Shown: positions 1 through 14,815, counted from the stretch's first letter. The stretch is 64,000 nucleotides of DNA from Octopus vulgaris (GCA_951406725.2 OX597818.1:17980001-18044000), one strand, 5' to 3'. Translations and numbers: made by a program. The notes: a model not told the origin generated them from the letters alone.

Positions 1-1
1 C

Positions 2-170
<169 letters not shown>

Positions 171-1046
171 GCTTTGATTGGTTCAGAGTTAAAGTAATTG
201 CCCAAAGTTGAACTGAACTCAAAACCCAATGGCTATGAAGCAAACTTCTTAAGACCTCTGTAACTAGATATATTTGTTTCTATGTGTGTGTGTATAAGTA
301 TTCCCTTAAATTCAACTCAATTACATTATTTCAATTTTACCTGGCATTTTGTAATTTGTTTTAAAGTATTTTACACACAGAAGGAATAATTTATTTTAAA
401 ATATTGGCACTTTTCATAATTGTTCTCAATAATTCCCCACTGTTTTTCCCAGCAGTATTTTTCTTTATTATTATTCTGGTGGTGCACAACAATTCTTTAA
501 ATTGCCAAACAAAATGCATTTGTGTTTGGTTGCATATTTTATAGTTTGAGTATCATTCCTGCACAAGTTGATCTTGTCTTTCAATATTTCAAGGTTGATA
601 AAATAAAGTGCTAGTAAATTACTAGAAATGTTAGTTCATTAATAAGCCTTACACCAAAATTTGTGGCCTTCTGCCTAAATTCAAAATTATTAATTAATAT
701 TGCTGTGGACTCCTGAATTAGCAGAATTTTTCAAGTTATTGACAAAATACCTAGAGGTACTTGTTCCAGCTCTTTATGTTCAAACCCTGTTGAGATCAAA
801 CAATGCTTGTCATCCCCCCCAGAGTTGACAAAAAAAAAAAATACAGGGTTCAGTTTAATCAATCAACCACTCCCACAAAATTTCAGGCCTTGTGCTTATA
901 GAAACCATTGTTGTGGTGGTGGTGTAAGATTTGTAGAATTGTCAAAGTCTCAAACAAACTAACTGGTGGTATATTTTTTGGCTTTACCTTTCATTCTTCC
1001 AGGGTCCATTACCTAAAATACTTGTCATTTACTGTGGCTGATAATA

Positions 1047-1231
1047 ATCTTTTCTACTCTAGGCACAAGGCCCGAAATTTTTGGAGAGTTGGGGGCAGTC
1101 AATTAGATTGACCCTGAAAAGAAGAAAGGCAAAGTCGACCTCAGCGAAATTTGAACTCAGAATGTAAAGACAGACAAATTACCACTAAGCATTTTTCCTG
1201 TCGTGCTAATCTTTCTGCCAGTTTGCTGCCT
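1047..1231 (-). mobile_element. tRNA-derived SINE, family B (core gtcgactttgcctttcatcc...aagtaccag)
   Basis: Minus strand reads ggcagcaaactggcagaaag (A-box-like) ... gagttcaaatttc (B-box-like) ... gtcgactttgcc ... ttgtgcctagagtagaaa. The same family recurs many times in the window; more decayed copies lie at ~700-905 and 1310-1430. Confidence 0.8.
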
Positions 1232-3065
1232 TTGTGGCTGATAATATTGGCTAAACCTATCTCTTTGAAATTGCTAGCCTTGTACCAAAATCAGAAATGT
1301 TGTCATCATTATCATCAACAGGATGATAGAGTGGAAGTATGTCTGAAAAAATGCCTTAAGGTATTTTTCTGGCTCTTTATATTCTGAGCTCAGTCTTACC
1401 AGGCTCAACTTTGACTCTCATCTTTTCTCATTTGATTAAATATCAAATATCATTATTATTGTGGTAGAAATATTATTCTTTCAGAATTTAGTTCTAGATG
1501 TCAACTTTCAGTGTTCAAATCTTTTGCTAATGGATTTGACTCTACACCTTCCCACCTGAAGTTCAGCATAACAACTACCATTCATGTATTGAGAAGGGGA
1601 AGCCCATATCCCTTTTCGTAGACCAATGGATTAGAGCAAACTATTGAAGTTTAGTTGTTAGAAGCCAAAGCGAAACAGAAACAAGAAAAATCTAACAGGG
1701 AGCAAGGTCAATTTGAGAAGGAAAGATTGAAAAAAAGATTTTTATCTGAGATCTGTAAGATAGAGAGGAACTTAGCATAGAGTTAGCCACTCAGAGGAGC
1801 ACTGGTTAATGAAGATAAAACAGAGAGGAGAGACAGCTGGACCAAATTTGGTCAAAATTTGAAGAACATCAAGTCATGTTTATGCTATCAGACAGATAAA
1901 TTTCCTCTTATGAGTGGTAGCTGTGATGGTCAGTACCATAAACCAATGGCTCCTAGGGATAGCACAAAAGACTCTATTTCCTGTAGTACATATAAGGAAA
2001 GCAAGTAAGGTTGCATTCACCAACTACTTACAAGGAACCGAATTCACCTCAGCAAGCTTATGAAACAATCATTTGCTGTAGTCAACATCAATGTTTTTAA
2101 GCTTGTTTTTTCCATACTTGCATGGGTTAGACATGACTGCAGAAATATTCTATATCAGGATACCCTTCCATTCACCGGCCATTGATTTAAGAGTGAAGCA
2201 TTTTCGTTCTACTGCTCATCATGCATGAAAACCACCAAATTTCAGGCTACATTGATAGATGTAAAGATAACATCACCATTGCCCAAATAGTGTCAAAGTA
2301 AAGATACACACAAATAAACAATCACAAATGCTCAAATATGTAGATGGATATACACAATTCTGAATTATGTCCAGTCTGTTCTTTATATCATGCATGCTTT
2401 TTCTGACCTCCTCAGACAAGCTAGATAGACTGACAGATTATAGACATACACATGGATGATGATAAGAGAAGGGGGGGGGGGATTAAAGATCAAGAGAAAA
2501 CACAAGTGAAAAGGGTCAATGAGTAAAATCTCATCTACATTATTATTGTTGTTTCATCTGCCAACATCTTAAGCTTTTTATCTTTTTTTAATCTACCAAA
2601 AACATATTACAACTAAATGCAATTCACATATAGTTCCACTTGGCATGCCATTCCAGCTGTGAACATCTCCCATTTTCTTTCTAGCATATAATAAATAATG
2701 ATGAGTTCGTTATATACAGTGCTCAGGTGCACTACAACTCATTGGGAAAGAGTGAAAGTAGAAAAAAAAAAGATGAAGACAAATAGTAGCCATAAATCAA
2801 AAAAAAAAAAGAAGACTAATGATAATCTAAAGTGCATGCAGAGTACACAGGATACAACACAAGACAGAGAAGTGAAAAAGGTACATAGATATATCAGTAG
2901 TGCTGGAAAATTTTGCTAATACTATTAGTAATCGATAGGATAGGTTCATCCAGTAAATTAAATATTTTGTAAGATGGTAGGGTGAAATTTGAAGAGTTGA
3001 ATGACTGCTTTTTTTTTCTGGCAGACCAAGCAATTATGCAGAGGTACACACACATCAGTATCAAG

Positions 3066-3254
3066 TTTCGCATTGCTCTCCCTATTTAGGGTCTAGAATG
3101 AAAGTGGGAGAACATTCCATTAGTGGTTACATGAATTTTTGGAGTATAATAATCCAAAATGTCTTTGGTAAGGAAGATATCAAAATATTTCCAAACTTCC
3201 TTTTAAAGAAAAAAAGTTATATATGTGTAATATATGTGTATATATATATATATG

Positions 3255-3305
<51 letters not shown>

Positions 3306-3560
3306 ATATATATATATATATGAGTGTACATCTAGAGAAAGAAAGACAGACAGACTTTGAATGGCTGTTTTTTTTTCCAGCAGGCCAAATCTCACAAATC
3401 TGTATTAAACTTCACATTGCACTCCCTATTTAGGACTAGAATGCAAGTGGGAGAACATTCAACCACTGATTACATGAATTCTTGGAAGATAAAAATCTAA
3501 AATGTCTTTTGTAAAGAACATGTCAAAATATTTCTGAACTTCCTTTTAAAGAAAAAAAAA
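3066..3560 (+). repeat. Local direct duplication of ~150 bp (3066-3215 and 3410-3560)
   Basis: cattgctctccctatttagg...agtgggagaacattc...aacttccttttaaagaaaaaaa occurs twice, each copy followed by TG/TA microsatellite. Confidence 0.8.
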
Positions 3561-4355
3561 TGTGTGTGTGTATATGTACACATATACATATTTACATATG
3601 TATATAAGACAGAGGTGTATTTATGACCATGTAATTAAGATATTTTCTTTGTAACCAGATGATCCTGAGTTCAATACCACTGTGTTAGCCTTGGATAGAT
3701 AAACACTTTGTGTGTTTATGTTTACACTACTCTAAAAATCAATATAATTTTGTGTGTCAGATTTTTGTTCCACAACTTAGTGGTTTAACAAAGAGAAATC
3801 AATAAAATAAGCAACCAACTGAAACATGTAATAAGATTAATACCATCAAGTAAAAGCTTCTAAAGATGGTGCACCAGCATGACCACAGTAAAAATGTATG
3901 TACGTATGTCCTGGGTATGACATTAAACTGTATCTGACGATACAGATCCAGTTTGGGAGTTCTGGGGCACATGGAGTCACCCCTGAATTACCATTACTCT
4001 CAATAGTACTTGTCTGGGTCCCATCTGTGGGTAAAACAGATTTCCCAGGTGTAGAGGAAGCTCCCATTATTTTAGAAGGCAGTTCTTCTAGGAGAGAGAT
4101 ACTCTGATATAAGACTTGCAGTCAAATTAGTACCAGTCATCTTGCAATACTTGTCATTAAGACCTACTATGGCAACTGAGTTGTACAAGGTTTTGTTACT
4201 TAAATTCAATGACATACAGATGTCTATCATTTTTAAATGTGAGACAGCTATCATCTCACAAAGCAAGACAATCATGTGTGTGTGTGTGTGTGTGTGCATT
4301 TGTTATCCATTTGCTTTATGGCTATTTGCCTTTAGTAAATATTCAAAATGTATCA

Positions 4356-4460
4356 ACCCTTTAGTATTCTGATTATTCAGTCAAATGTGGTGTTTGTTTA
4401 TTCATATTGTTTTAAATTAGTGATTGTTTAGTTTTAGACTGACATTGTAGAGACAAAGTG
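4356..4460 (-). mobile_element. Partial piggyBac-like MITE end (family of 18117-18559)
   Basis: aaccctttagtattctgattattcagtcaaatgt... is the reverse complement of the right end of the 18117-18559 element. Confidence 0.55.
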
Positions 4461-7054
4461 AGCTCAGCACTTTTATGATAACCTGTGACATGACATCCCA
4501 TAATCTTGGAACAGCAGACTGTTCTAAACAGACTCAGTCACTCACAAGTTGCTACTCTTCACTGGCGAGTTAGCAGTAGAGTTTGCTTTTTCTGAGCGAA
4601 GGAGTCCAGGCACCATATTTAATTGTACAGACAGACAATACATTTGATCTTTGCATTACAATGACAAATATCAATCACAATCACTAGACAGAATTGATTA
4701 ATTTTGCTGAATTAATTAAGCTACAACAAATAAGTTACTGAGTTTTCTGTGGTTCTTGTTATATCACTAATCCCAGACTTTGGAAAACTAGCATCATCAA
4801 ACCAAATATCAATTATGTAAAAGCAATTTAAATTACTTAAACCAGAGATGCACTGAAAAACTTTAAAACCCAAAGATGGTCTATGTCAAGTATAGGAAGC
4901 TTTCTTTGAGAAGTAGGTCACATGAGACATAGCTTATCATCAGCAGGGCTATACTACTAAAGAAATCAAGGTAAGTTTTTGCTGGCACATCATTCAGAAA
5001 GTCCTCCTATCTGCAATTTGCCAACGGCTGGTCTATGTTGACAAGTTTACAAAATCGAATAAATTTGCATGCCATGAGAGTTTAATTAGGTTTCAGTTGA
5101 AGATCCTTTGTGGGAGTAAAAGAACGAAATGAAATAGTAAAAAAAAAACCCAAAAAATACTAAACAATTCAAACTGGTTGCACTGGGTCAAGTACATCAG
5201 TTATTAAATTAATTAATTAAACTAAAAGAAAAGGCATTATTTGGATTATGAATAAATTATGCAATTAATGAATGATAAGATTGTAATTTTTGGCAAATGG
5301 CAGGTCCGGACTATAATTCACTTAATAGCACCGCTTGGTGGTTCAAACTTTTATTGGATCATCTTTTTAGTGTTTTTATTTTTATTACAAAGTCCTAGAA
5401 ATAAGAGCAGAACCTATAAACTTTTCAGGCCTTCCTGGCTAGATGAGCTTCATGGAGATGATGTTTAACTCTTGTAGGTTGAGGCTTGTAGAGAAAGAGT
5501 TCCAGTGAGATATCGGTTCCGGAGGTGAGAGGATTGTGAAAGGAGGTGTTTATTGCAGGGTATAGTGGGATGAGGCACTGTAGGAATTATGGGAAGAGGA
5601 AAAGCAGGTGCATTGTGCGTGCTTAGTGGAGATGGTGCATAGTTTGCTAGATTAGAAGTGCAGGGGTCAATGCAATAAAAGTAGAAAGGAATGGGGGGAA
5701 AAAAAGAGGAGCAAAAGGAATATATACTTATGCTTTTTCAATTTTGCTATATATATATATATATATATATAGTAAAATCGAGAAAGTAGTACAGAGAGCT
5801 TGCCATGAGGAGTAGAAACAGAGTCCTTCTTGAAGGAAAAATTGACAAATGTAAAATTAAAGAGAGACAGCAGAGTTTTGCAACTTAGAGAATGTAAAAC
5901 TCTATTATATCTCTTTAGTTTTACTCATCAACTTTTCTCTGATGAAAGACTGAAATGTTAGATTAACTCTCCACGCCAAACTCACTGTACTCTTCTTGTT
6001 GATACTACTAAAGAATATAACTTTTTTTGACACAAACCAACACCAGTCACTTTGGATTCTGTTCTATCATGTATGTGTGTGTGTGTGTGTATATATATAT
6101 ACGGAGAAAGAGAGAGATATACTGATGCTTATAGTGTATTGGTGAATTAAGGGTTATTAATCAGTCAGATGGCCTTGTTTGTGATGCAGTCTAAAAAGTT
6201 CATGTGTATTCAGCTGTTCCTTCACAAATGTCTGAGAAATATTCCAAAATGCATTGATTCTGTACCCTGCATAGGTCAACTACTTGTTGGAGTTAAACTA
6301 GTTTTCTGATCTCAATAGGAAAACTCAGCTCTCCAGATACAGTTTTGGCATTCTTATAGATGTGGGAATACTACAGAAGGTGTTCAAGTATAGCAAAGCA
6401 TGTGAAAATTGCTATTCTGATTAATGCTTTTAAGTAGGTAAAAGACTCTTCAGGGACAATTCAGAAAACTAAATAAAGCTCGAAACATTTTGGTTACAAT
6501 TAATGTTCACTATCAAGTTGTCTACATGAAAGTGTGTGAAAGTGTGCATAAAGAAAATTAATTTGTACACACATATAGACAAGAAAATTATTCTGCACAC
6601 ACACACACATATATATATATATATAATTATAATTATAATAATAAGGGTTTTTTGCGACAAGTTGCTTAAACCACATACCGAAAATATTAGAAATAGCAGC
6701 CAAACGACTACTATTTCCTTTTACTACAAAAATAAGTCTCCACAGACAACAATATTTGTAACTCACATATGGCAAGAGAAGAAAAACAATGAAACCACAG
6801 TCTTCAGATTAATTATGGACGTACGTTTCTGGATTAGAATCGTAAGGTTCATTTCCTTATCAACATATTTCCCATAAATCTAGAAATGCTAGGAAAAACT
6901 TACCTTTTATATTTTCGATCAAGCGACATCGAAAGATACAAAAGTCAACTAGCATATCCACATTTATATAGACAAGTGAATTCGTATTTCCCTCCAAAAT
7001 CCTACCACGTGAGGTAGTATATATATATACACACACACGTTTGTGTGTGTGTGT

Positions 7055-7368
7055 GAAGGTGAGTGACTAAGTGGTTAGGGTATTTGACTCACAATGGTAA
7101 GGCCATGAATTTCAAAACTGGTTGTGTGTTGTGTCCTTGAGCAAGATGCTTTATTTCATGTTGCTCAGGTCCACTAAAATGGTTAAAATGAATTGTACCT
7201 GCAATTCAAAGGGCCAGATTCGTCACACTGAATCTCTCCGAGAACTATGTTAAGGGTACACATGTCTGTGGAGAGCTCAGCCACTTGTACATTTATTTCA
7301 TGAGTAGACTGTTCTGTTGATCAGATCAACTGGAATCCTCATAACCATAATCTATGGAGTGCCAGTTT
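7055..7368 (+). mobile_element. tRNA-derived SINE (C/D-type head)
   Basis: A-box-like tgactaagtggttagg and body gtgtccttgagcaagatgctttatttcatgttgctc, shared with the copies at 12620-12955 and 56880-57388. Confidence 0.7.
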
Positions 7369-9847
7369 ACAAATACAAATACACACACAAAATATATTTG
7401 CTCAAATTTAAGTGCACAGTATGTCATCTCATGAAAATAAATGGTTAAATTTAGTGCTATATTAACTTCATTTGTTCTTCAAGGATAAAATAAATTTATG
7501 AGTTCATGATAATTTGAGTTCATATAATGATATAATGATTGCCAAATTATTGTAGTAGTGTCAAGTTTGTTTTCAAAAAATCAGCAATTACATTTTTTTT
7601 AATTAATAGTAATAAAGTTACGAAAAAAATGTTGGTGCACACAAACATTTTATCTTAAGCTAGTAGGAAAATTAATTTGGTGAATCACTGAGCTAAATTC
7701 TTGATATGCAACTAAATTAAAAAGGTATACCAGTGTGCATGTAACTGTGTATGTGTGCATGCATATATCGGTGGTTTGAAGTCATTGATTCTGCAAAAAG
7801 AAATTTTTAAAAAATCAGTGAAGAAGAGGATTTTTAAAGATTTTTTTTTTTAATAATGAAATAATGGACATCTTGACACAGTATGATATGACACATTGCA
7901 TGAGATGACAATTCAACAACTAAGAAATAACAAACAATACCAACATAAAAAGAAAAATATCAACTGAAATTAAAAAAAAAAATTTTTAAACCTAAGGAAA
8001 TATCAATGAATTCTTGACATTTTTTAAGGATTGTGAAAGAATGGGAATGGAGAGGCTAGCAGGTGTTAGTGGGCAAGGAAGTTGGAATGAGGTAGAGCAG
8101 AAGAGGATTGAAGATGAACCAATACATTAGAATCTGGCAATAGACAGATAATTGAACATTATCATGGAAATTAGAAATTTTTTAAAAAATAGCTTTAACA
8201 AAAACCAAAAAAAGAAAAACGACAACAAAATAATATTAAAACAATGTTTACATGTTTGTGATAAAAACATAAGAGAACCAACATAAATTTCCTTCAATAA
8301 ATCTCTCCACCACCATTTTCCAAAATGGAAAATACATGTTTCAAGTACTAAGTCTCAGAACACGGAATTGTCTTCTTAAGTCTGGTATTTGGTTCTGATT
8401 TCATAGCATGAAACAGATTAGCAATAAATCTCACCTTGGATAAAACAGTGATCTATTTCAGGCAACATTCAAAGATAATCTGCTACTTATTTCTGACAGC
8501 TATATCAACTGAAACAATGTAGAATTGGGTGTACTATGCAAATACACAACACAATGGCTGCACTTGATTTCAATTCAACACTGCTAATCTTGTAATCCAA
8601 TATTTTATCCACTTCTTTTACATAAGGACAGAATAAAGTAGACAATACAATGAAGTTAGTAGACCCAAACTGTAACACTACATATCTTATCTATGTGTGT
8701 GTGTGTATATATAAAATATAAAAACACACAATCATTTTAATTCTAAGTCATCAGACTGCAGCCATGCTAGGGTACTGTCTTCAGAGCTTTACTCAGTCAA
8801 ATCAACCCAGTACTAATTATTTTTAAGTCTTCTATTTACATTGGTATCTTTCTGCTGAGCTGCTAAGTTACAAGGACATTAAAAAAAACCCATCAACAAA
8901 CTAGTTGTCAAAGGATAACACAAAATTAAAGATGCATACTGCTACACCTGTGTGTGTGTGTACAGATATTGTTGTTCAATGTGTTCTTCCATTTTTAAGA
9001 CAATGGTGATTAACTGAAGTGGGATGTGGCTGGTATTTCTGGAATGTCAAGTGATCTCATGGAAATTCCACTGTTTGCAGCTACACAAATATATGTATGC
9101 ATGTGTGAGTATATATATACATATATATATTTGCACAAAGGTATACATATGTGCCTGTACTAGTATCTGTTGTTATGTACATATCAGATAATTACTAAAG
9201 ATATATCTGTATTGATGGCCCTATATATTTGTAATATTTTTACATAAACATGTATTTATGCCAGTTGGTATTTTATACATGCATCTATATATGTACATGT
9301 GTATATCTTTCACTCATTCTCTGTGTGTGTACACATACAGCTATATTTCCTTTGTTCCCACCTCCCACCAACGTTTTTAAACATCTGCTAGTGTTCCTTT
9401 TATTTACTCCTCGCTCTGACCATTGATTTTTCCCTCAACATGTTACTTCTTCCTTCTTTCTAAACCTAATTTATTTATCCTTCAATATCACTTGACATTT
9501 TTCTCTCCAACACAAAGGGTTGTTTTTCACAGTATAAAAATATATTCCACTGTTTGAATTATTTATATTACTTTTTGCCAACACAAAACATCAGTAGTTT
9601 CCTTAGGCTCCACTGTTATATTATGTCCAACTGTTTTGTGACATTATCCTTAAGCTACTTCTTCAATTGACTCTTCCCCTCTCCCTCAGAAGAAACCAAA
9701 TTTATAGAGCATTGGGTAACTGTTTAGAGAAACATTAGTTTATATAGAGGCAGGGGTGGTGGTGTAGTAAGAAGTTTGATTCCTAATCTCATGGGTCCTG
9801 ATTCATTACCACTGCATGGCACATAGGGCAAGTATCTATTACTATAG

Positions 9848-10055
9848 TCGTTCAAGAATTTGGACCTGGAGATCTCCATCTCCAGCGACTTCGAGCCCCC
9901 TCGGTGGTGTCGAGTGTCAACGAAGAGCCCTCGACTACAACAAGACCAAAGTTCCTCCCCCACTTTTCCAAGGTCTGGGGTCTCCCGCCCCTAAGCCCTA
10001 GATCATCACCTAATCACCCTTACCCGTCTTGTTGCTTAACAACAACAACAACTAC
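9848..10055 (+). mobile_element. GC-rich 5'-truncated retroelement 3' end with (AAC)n tail, inserted in a family-A SINE
   Basis: Flanked by tactatag on both sides (~9840-9847 and ~10056-10063). Ends in aacaacaacaacaac and splits the SINE at ~9750-10310. Confidence 0.6.
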
Positions 10056-10371
10056 TACTATAGACTCTGGCTTATAATAGAAGACACTTATGAGTGGATT
10101 TGGCAGATAGAAACTACAAGCATATCATATATGTGTGTGTTTTTAGTTCACTACCACTGCTTAACAACCTCTGTTGGTTTGTTTACAAACCCGTAATTTA
10201 GCATAAGAGACAAGCTTAAAAAAAAAGGGCAGGGATCAATCTGTTTGATTAAAACCCTCCAAATCAGTGCCCAAAATGGCTGCATCCCAATTAATTTTAA
10301 CAAGCAAAGCATTTTTGCCCATGAACCAACACAAAACTCTCACTGGATGTAAATAGATAGGAATATATAAT

Positions 10372-10549
10372 CATTTCTACTAAAGGTACAAGATCTGAAA
10401 TTTTGGGGGAGGGGACTAGTTAATTACATCAACCCCAATGTTTCACTGGTACTTAATTTACCGAACCTGAAAGAATGAAATGTAAAGATGGACAAAATGC
10501 CACTAAGTATTTTACCTGGCATGCTAATGATTCTGCCAGTTCACCACCT
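10372..10549 (-). mobile_element. SINE family B
   Basis: Same head and tail as 1047-1231 (gattctgccagttcaccacc; tttctactaaaggtacaag). Confidence 0.7.
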
Positions 10550-12619
10550 TAACAGCAATATATAATGACCATAATTTTGCAGTGCCAAGCACAAAACACC
10601 CTGGCCTGACACTCGGCAAGCCTAGGTTATAGGTCATGACTGAAGGTTCCACACTTGGAAATTTATCAATGACATTGGCAGCCTTAGTGAAATCACTGCC
10701 ACAAATTTTATATCAGCTTTTTCATGTGGACATGGAAAAGCTGATATAATATTTTATTAGGCAATACTCCATAGCTGGATGCTCTTCCTGTTGCCAACCG
10801 TTGTTTTCAAGTAAGTTACTCTATTCTACTTTGCAAGCTGAACCATTGAGCTTCGAGACATTTTGATTCTGAGAGACGTAAATGTTACCACTACTCAAAA
10901 ACTGTTAAGGCAAAGACATGGGGAGACAAACACACTTATGTATATAAATATGTGTGTATATGTATATATGTGTGAGTGTGGACTGGATGGGATTGGATTG
11001 CCTATGTTCAGTCCAGTGTAGGACAAAGGCCTTGGCATGTTCTCTCCACCAACTACAGTTTCATATGGAGGCTGTGAATTTGAGCTTGAGATCACGCTGG
11101 TTTGGTGAGCCTCCTCTGCCACACTAGCTCAACATGGCTTGGCAGAAGGGGTGCAGTTTTTATCCTCTTACTCATGAGTAGTTGATTATATTGACCCCAG
11201 TGCTCAATTGACATTTAGCTTATTGACTCCAAAAGGATTAAAGGCAAAGCCAACCTTGGTGGGATTTGAACTCAGAACATAAAGACAGATGAAAACCCAC
11301 TGAACATTTCATCCAGCATGCTAATGATTCTGCCAAACACATATACACACACACATATATATATATATACATAGACACACAAATACATTTGTATGTAGCA
11401 GGCTTCCTTACAGTTTTAGTCTACAAAATTACATTCACAAGACATTGGTCAACCCCAAAATACAGTAAAAGTCACTTGCCCAAAATGTCATATAGGGGAT
11501 CACATCCCGCTCCCGAAATCCTATAGTTGCAAGTCAAACATCTTAATCACACAGAAATACCCTCATCTCTTAATTTTAATTTTTTACGCTTTCCCTTCAT
11601 CATCGTATGTTTATATAATCTCTGTGAATATCACCTAGTGCCTCATGTGCCATAGACTAACCACCAATGATATAAGCAATTGTTGTGGCTATATTAGTCA
11701 AATTGATGTAGAGGTCTCTGATGAGAATCCAATAAGGTTTGGAAATCTATTAAGTATGTTCATCACTTTTACAAGCAGGACTCTAGCATGGCTACAGCCT
11801 TTGGACTGAAACATATAAAAGAATATATGACACCATATAAGTGCCACTCTCTTACTGAGGCATAAAATAATTTTTGTACAACAATGGTGGTGCCCCAGCA
11901 TGGCCACAGCTCATGAGCTGAAACTAGATAAAATAAAAAAAAAATGCATAAAAAATACTGACTTAGGATATTACTGTTACTTATATGATCAAACCTGGAA
12001 GGAACAATAAGTAAATTCTACTCCAGCAGGTTTAAAACTCATGAGCAAGAGAACAGAAACTCAAGACTCTGATATGTTTGGAATATATTCCACTGTGTCA
12101 ATGGTTACCACTGTCTTTATGACATTTATAATCTTTCTTACATTGGTACAAGTCCACAAATTTTAGTGAGGAAAGTGTAGTCAATCTAATGAACCCTAGT
12201 ACTTTACTGCTACTGAAGAACAATAATAAGCATAGATGGTATTGGAGGAATTAGTAGTCAGAATGTAATGAAATATAAGTAATATGTAGTTATTTATTCA
12301 TTCTATAAGGTATGCTTATCGTTACTATTTCATTATTGGTATACAATGTATATTATGTGTATGTGTGTGTGTATATTCATTCATTTTTATGTGTATTTTT
12401 CATTGCTGACATGGGTTAGATGAATATGTTATTATGACATGGTTTTACAGCCAAATATCTTCCCTGATACTAAGCCATACCTGTTTTTCAAGTAAGAGGT
12501 CTGATGTTCTACATGGCACAAAACAAATAAAGGATTTAACAGACGTGACAACACTGCTTAAAAGTCACAGTGTTCATAGAAGCAAGCACAAATGTAAACA
12601 AAACCACACACATAGATAG

Positions 12620-12955
12620 GAGGAGGAGACCCCCTTCGGTCATAAATGACCATGGGATTGCACCTAGAAAGTTACCTTCCGAGGTACAAGTTTGGGCAAG
12701 GTTGTTTGTGGAAGGCCAGCAGTCGCCCATGCATACCAGCCTCCCCTCTCCACACCAATGATGTTATCCGAGGGAAAGGCAAAGGCTGATACAACTTGCA
12801 CCAGTGATGTTGCAACTCATTTATACAGCTGAGTTAACTGGACAATGTGAAATAAAGTGTCTTGCCCAAGAACACAACATGCAGACTGGTCCAGGAATCG
12901 AACTCACCTCACGATTGTAAGCTCGATGCTCTAACCACTGAGCCATGCACCTTCA
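12620..12955 (-). mobile_element. tRNA-derived SINE family D
   Basis: Minus strand gaaggtgcatggctcagtggttagagc (A box) ... gagttcgattcc (B box); collinear copy at 54745-55068. Confidence 0.85.
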
Positions 12956-14470
12956 TGTATGTGTATATATATATATATATATATACATACACACACACAT
13001 ACATGATAGGCTTCTTTTCAGTTTCCATCCACCAAATCTATTAACAAGGCTTTGACTGGCCAGGAGCTATAGAAGACACACCCTCAAGGTGTCACACAGA
13101 GGGACTGAACCTAAAACCACAGGGTTGGGAGGCAAACTTCTTAACTACACAATCACACATGAGACTTCTGAAATTATGAAGTTGGGAAGCATGAAGACAT
13201 TTCTACCTGAAGACTTCAAATAATGAATCAAAAGATATGAATCAAGTAAATTTAATAGCTATGCTCAACATGTATTGATCATTTTTATCTCGTTCATTAT
13301 AAACACAATGAAATATATTATATATATATATTGGTACTCATTTTATAGACTCTGGAGGGAACAAATACAAAGCTAGCATGGCAGAAGCCAATAAAAAAAT
13401 ATTTTCATATGTGTATTGATATATATTATTATATCATATTATATTATATATTTATTTATATGTATGTATGTATACATACCATACATGGACACACAAACTT
13501 TATAAGCCAGAATGATAAAGGTCAAAGTCATTATGGATCCAAATGGACTTTCTTTTAAATTTTTGTTGTCATTTTTATGCCATGAATGATTCAAATGATA
13601 TCTTCCTCTCTTCATTCCACCAGCCTCAGAGGCTTAAACAAAAAAGTCATGACTGTAACCATTCCTATTCTGATTTGACATTAAAAGTAGAAACAGAAGT
13701 TAATCCTAGTGCAAGAGTCCAGAACATTGATTTAGGAAAAGAAAACGAGAAAATTTTTTTAAAAACTTGAGAGTATGTGTGTGTGAGTTCTCATGTCTGT
13801 ATCATCTTTTGGAAATTGAGAATTTCAAGCTAGAATCAAAGTTAATCTTCTTCTGAACCATGAAGATTCATATGATTGTGAGGGTTTAACTTCGGTTTCT
13901 ATTGTGCTGATTGGATGAGAGATAGAAATTTCCTGGGATAGGACAGTGGTCTATTCGCAGGTAGCTTTTTCCCACAAGAGGAACCGAACTTGGCACTGCA
14001 AAATAATAAATCATTTGTTGAGTCGACAGTAATACTTCTTGGAATAGAAAGTTGTTCCTATATTAGTTTCAAAGTTTCGTACAAAGCCAGTAAGTTTAAG
14101 AGATGGGTTAGTTGATTAAATTGACCCATATTTCATCAGCTGTGAAAAAAAAAAGTCAACCTCGGTGGAATTTGAACTCAGAACATAAAGATGGGCCAAA
14201 TGCCATTTAGCATTTTGCCCAGCATGCTTATGATTCTGCCAGTTTGTTGGCCACTTTTTGCTGTTCCTCTATTGCTGAAGTTAATTACAGCGAGTTGAGC
14301 TTGGTTATTTGAGAGCTTAAGTGACCTGATCAAGGACAGATATATTGCAGTGTTGTGGATAGGGTATGAATGAACCATCAGCCACTAATCAACTATTACA
14401 GCCACTTAACATCTACCATTGAAATTGTTTTACAACCAAGGAATTCACTTATTTAAATTTATTTTCCTAT

Positions 14471-14815
14471 AGGTGCAGGCATGGTTGTGTGGTAAGAGGC
14501 TAAATTCCCAACTGCATGGTTGCAGATTCAGTCCCACTGCATGGCACCTTGGGAAGTGTCTTCTACTATAGGCTCAGGCCAATCAAAGCCTTGTGAGTGA
14601 ATTTGGTAGACAGAAACTGAAAGAAACCTGTTATATATATATATATATATATGTGTATATGTGTGTGTGTGTGTTCTTTGTTTCTGTGTGTTTACACTCC
14701 CATAACTTAGTGCTTCAGCAAAAGAAACTGATATAAGTATCAAACTTGAAAAAGTAAGTACTGGGGTCGATTCATTTGACTAACAAATTCTTCAAGGTGG
14801 TGAAACAAGTAAAAG
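14471..14815 (+). mobile_element. tRNA-derived SINE family A
   Basis: ggtgcaggcatggttgtgtggtaag...ttcagtcccactgcatggcaccttggg...internal TA/TG microsatellite...gaaacaagtaaaag; collinear with 38527-38901 and 60408-60818. Confidence 0.85.
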
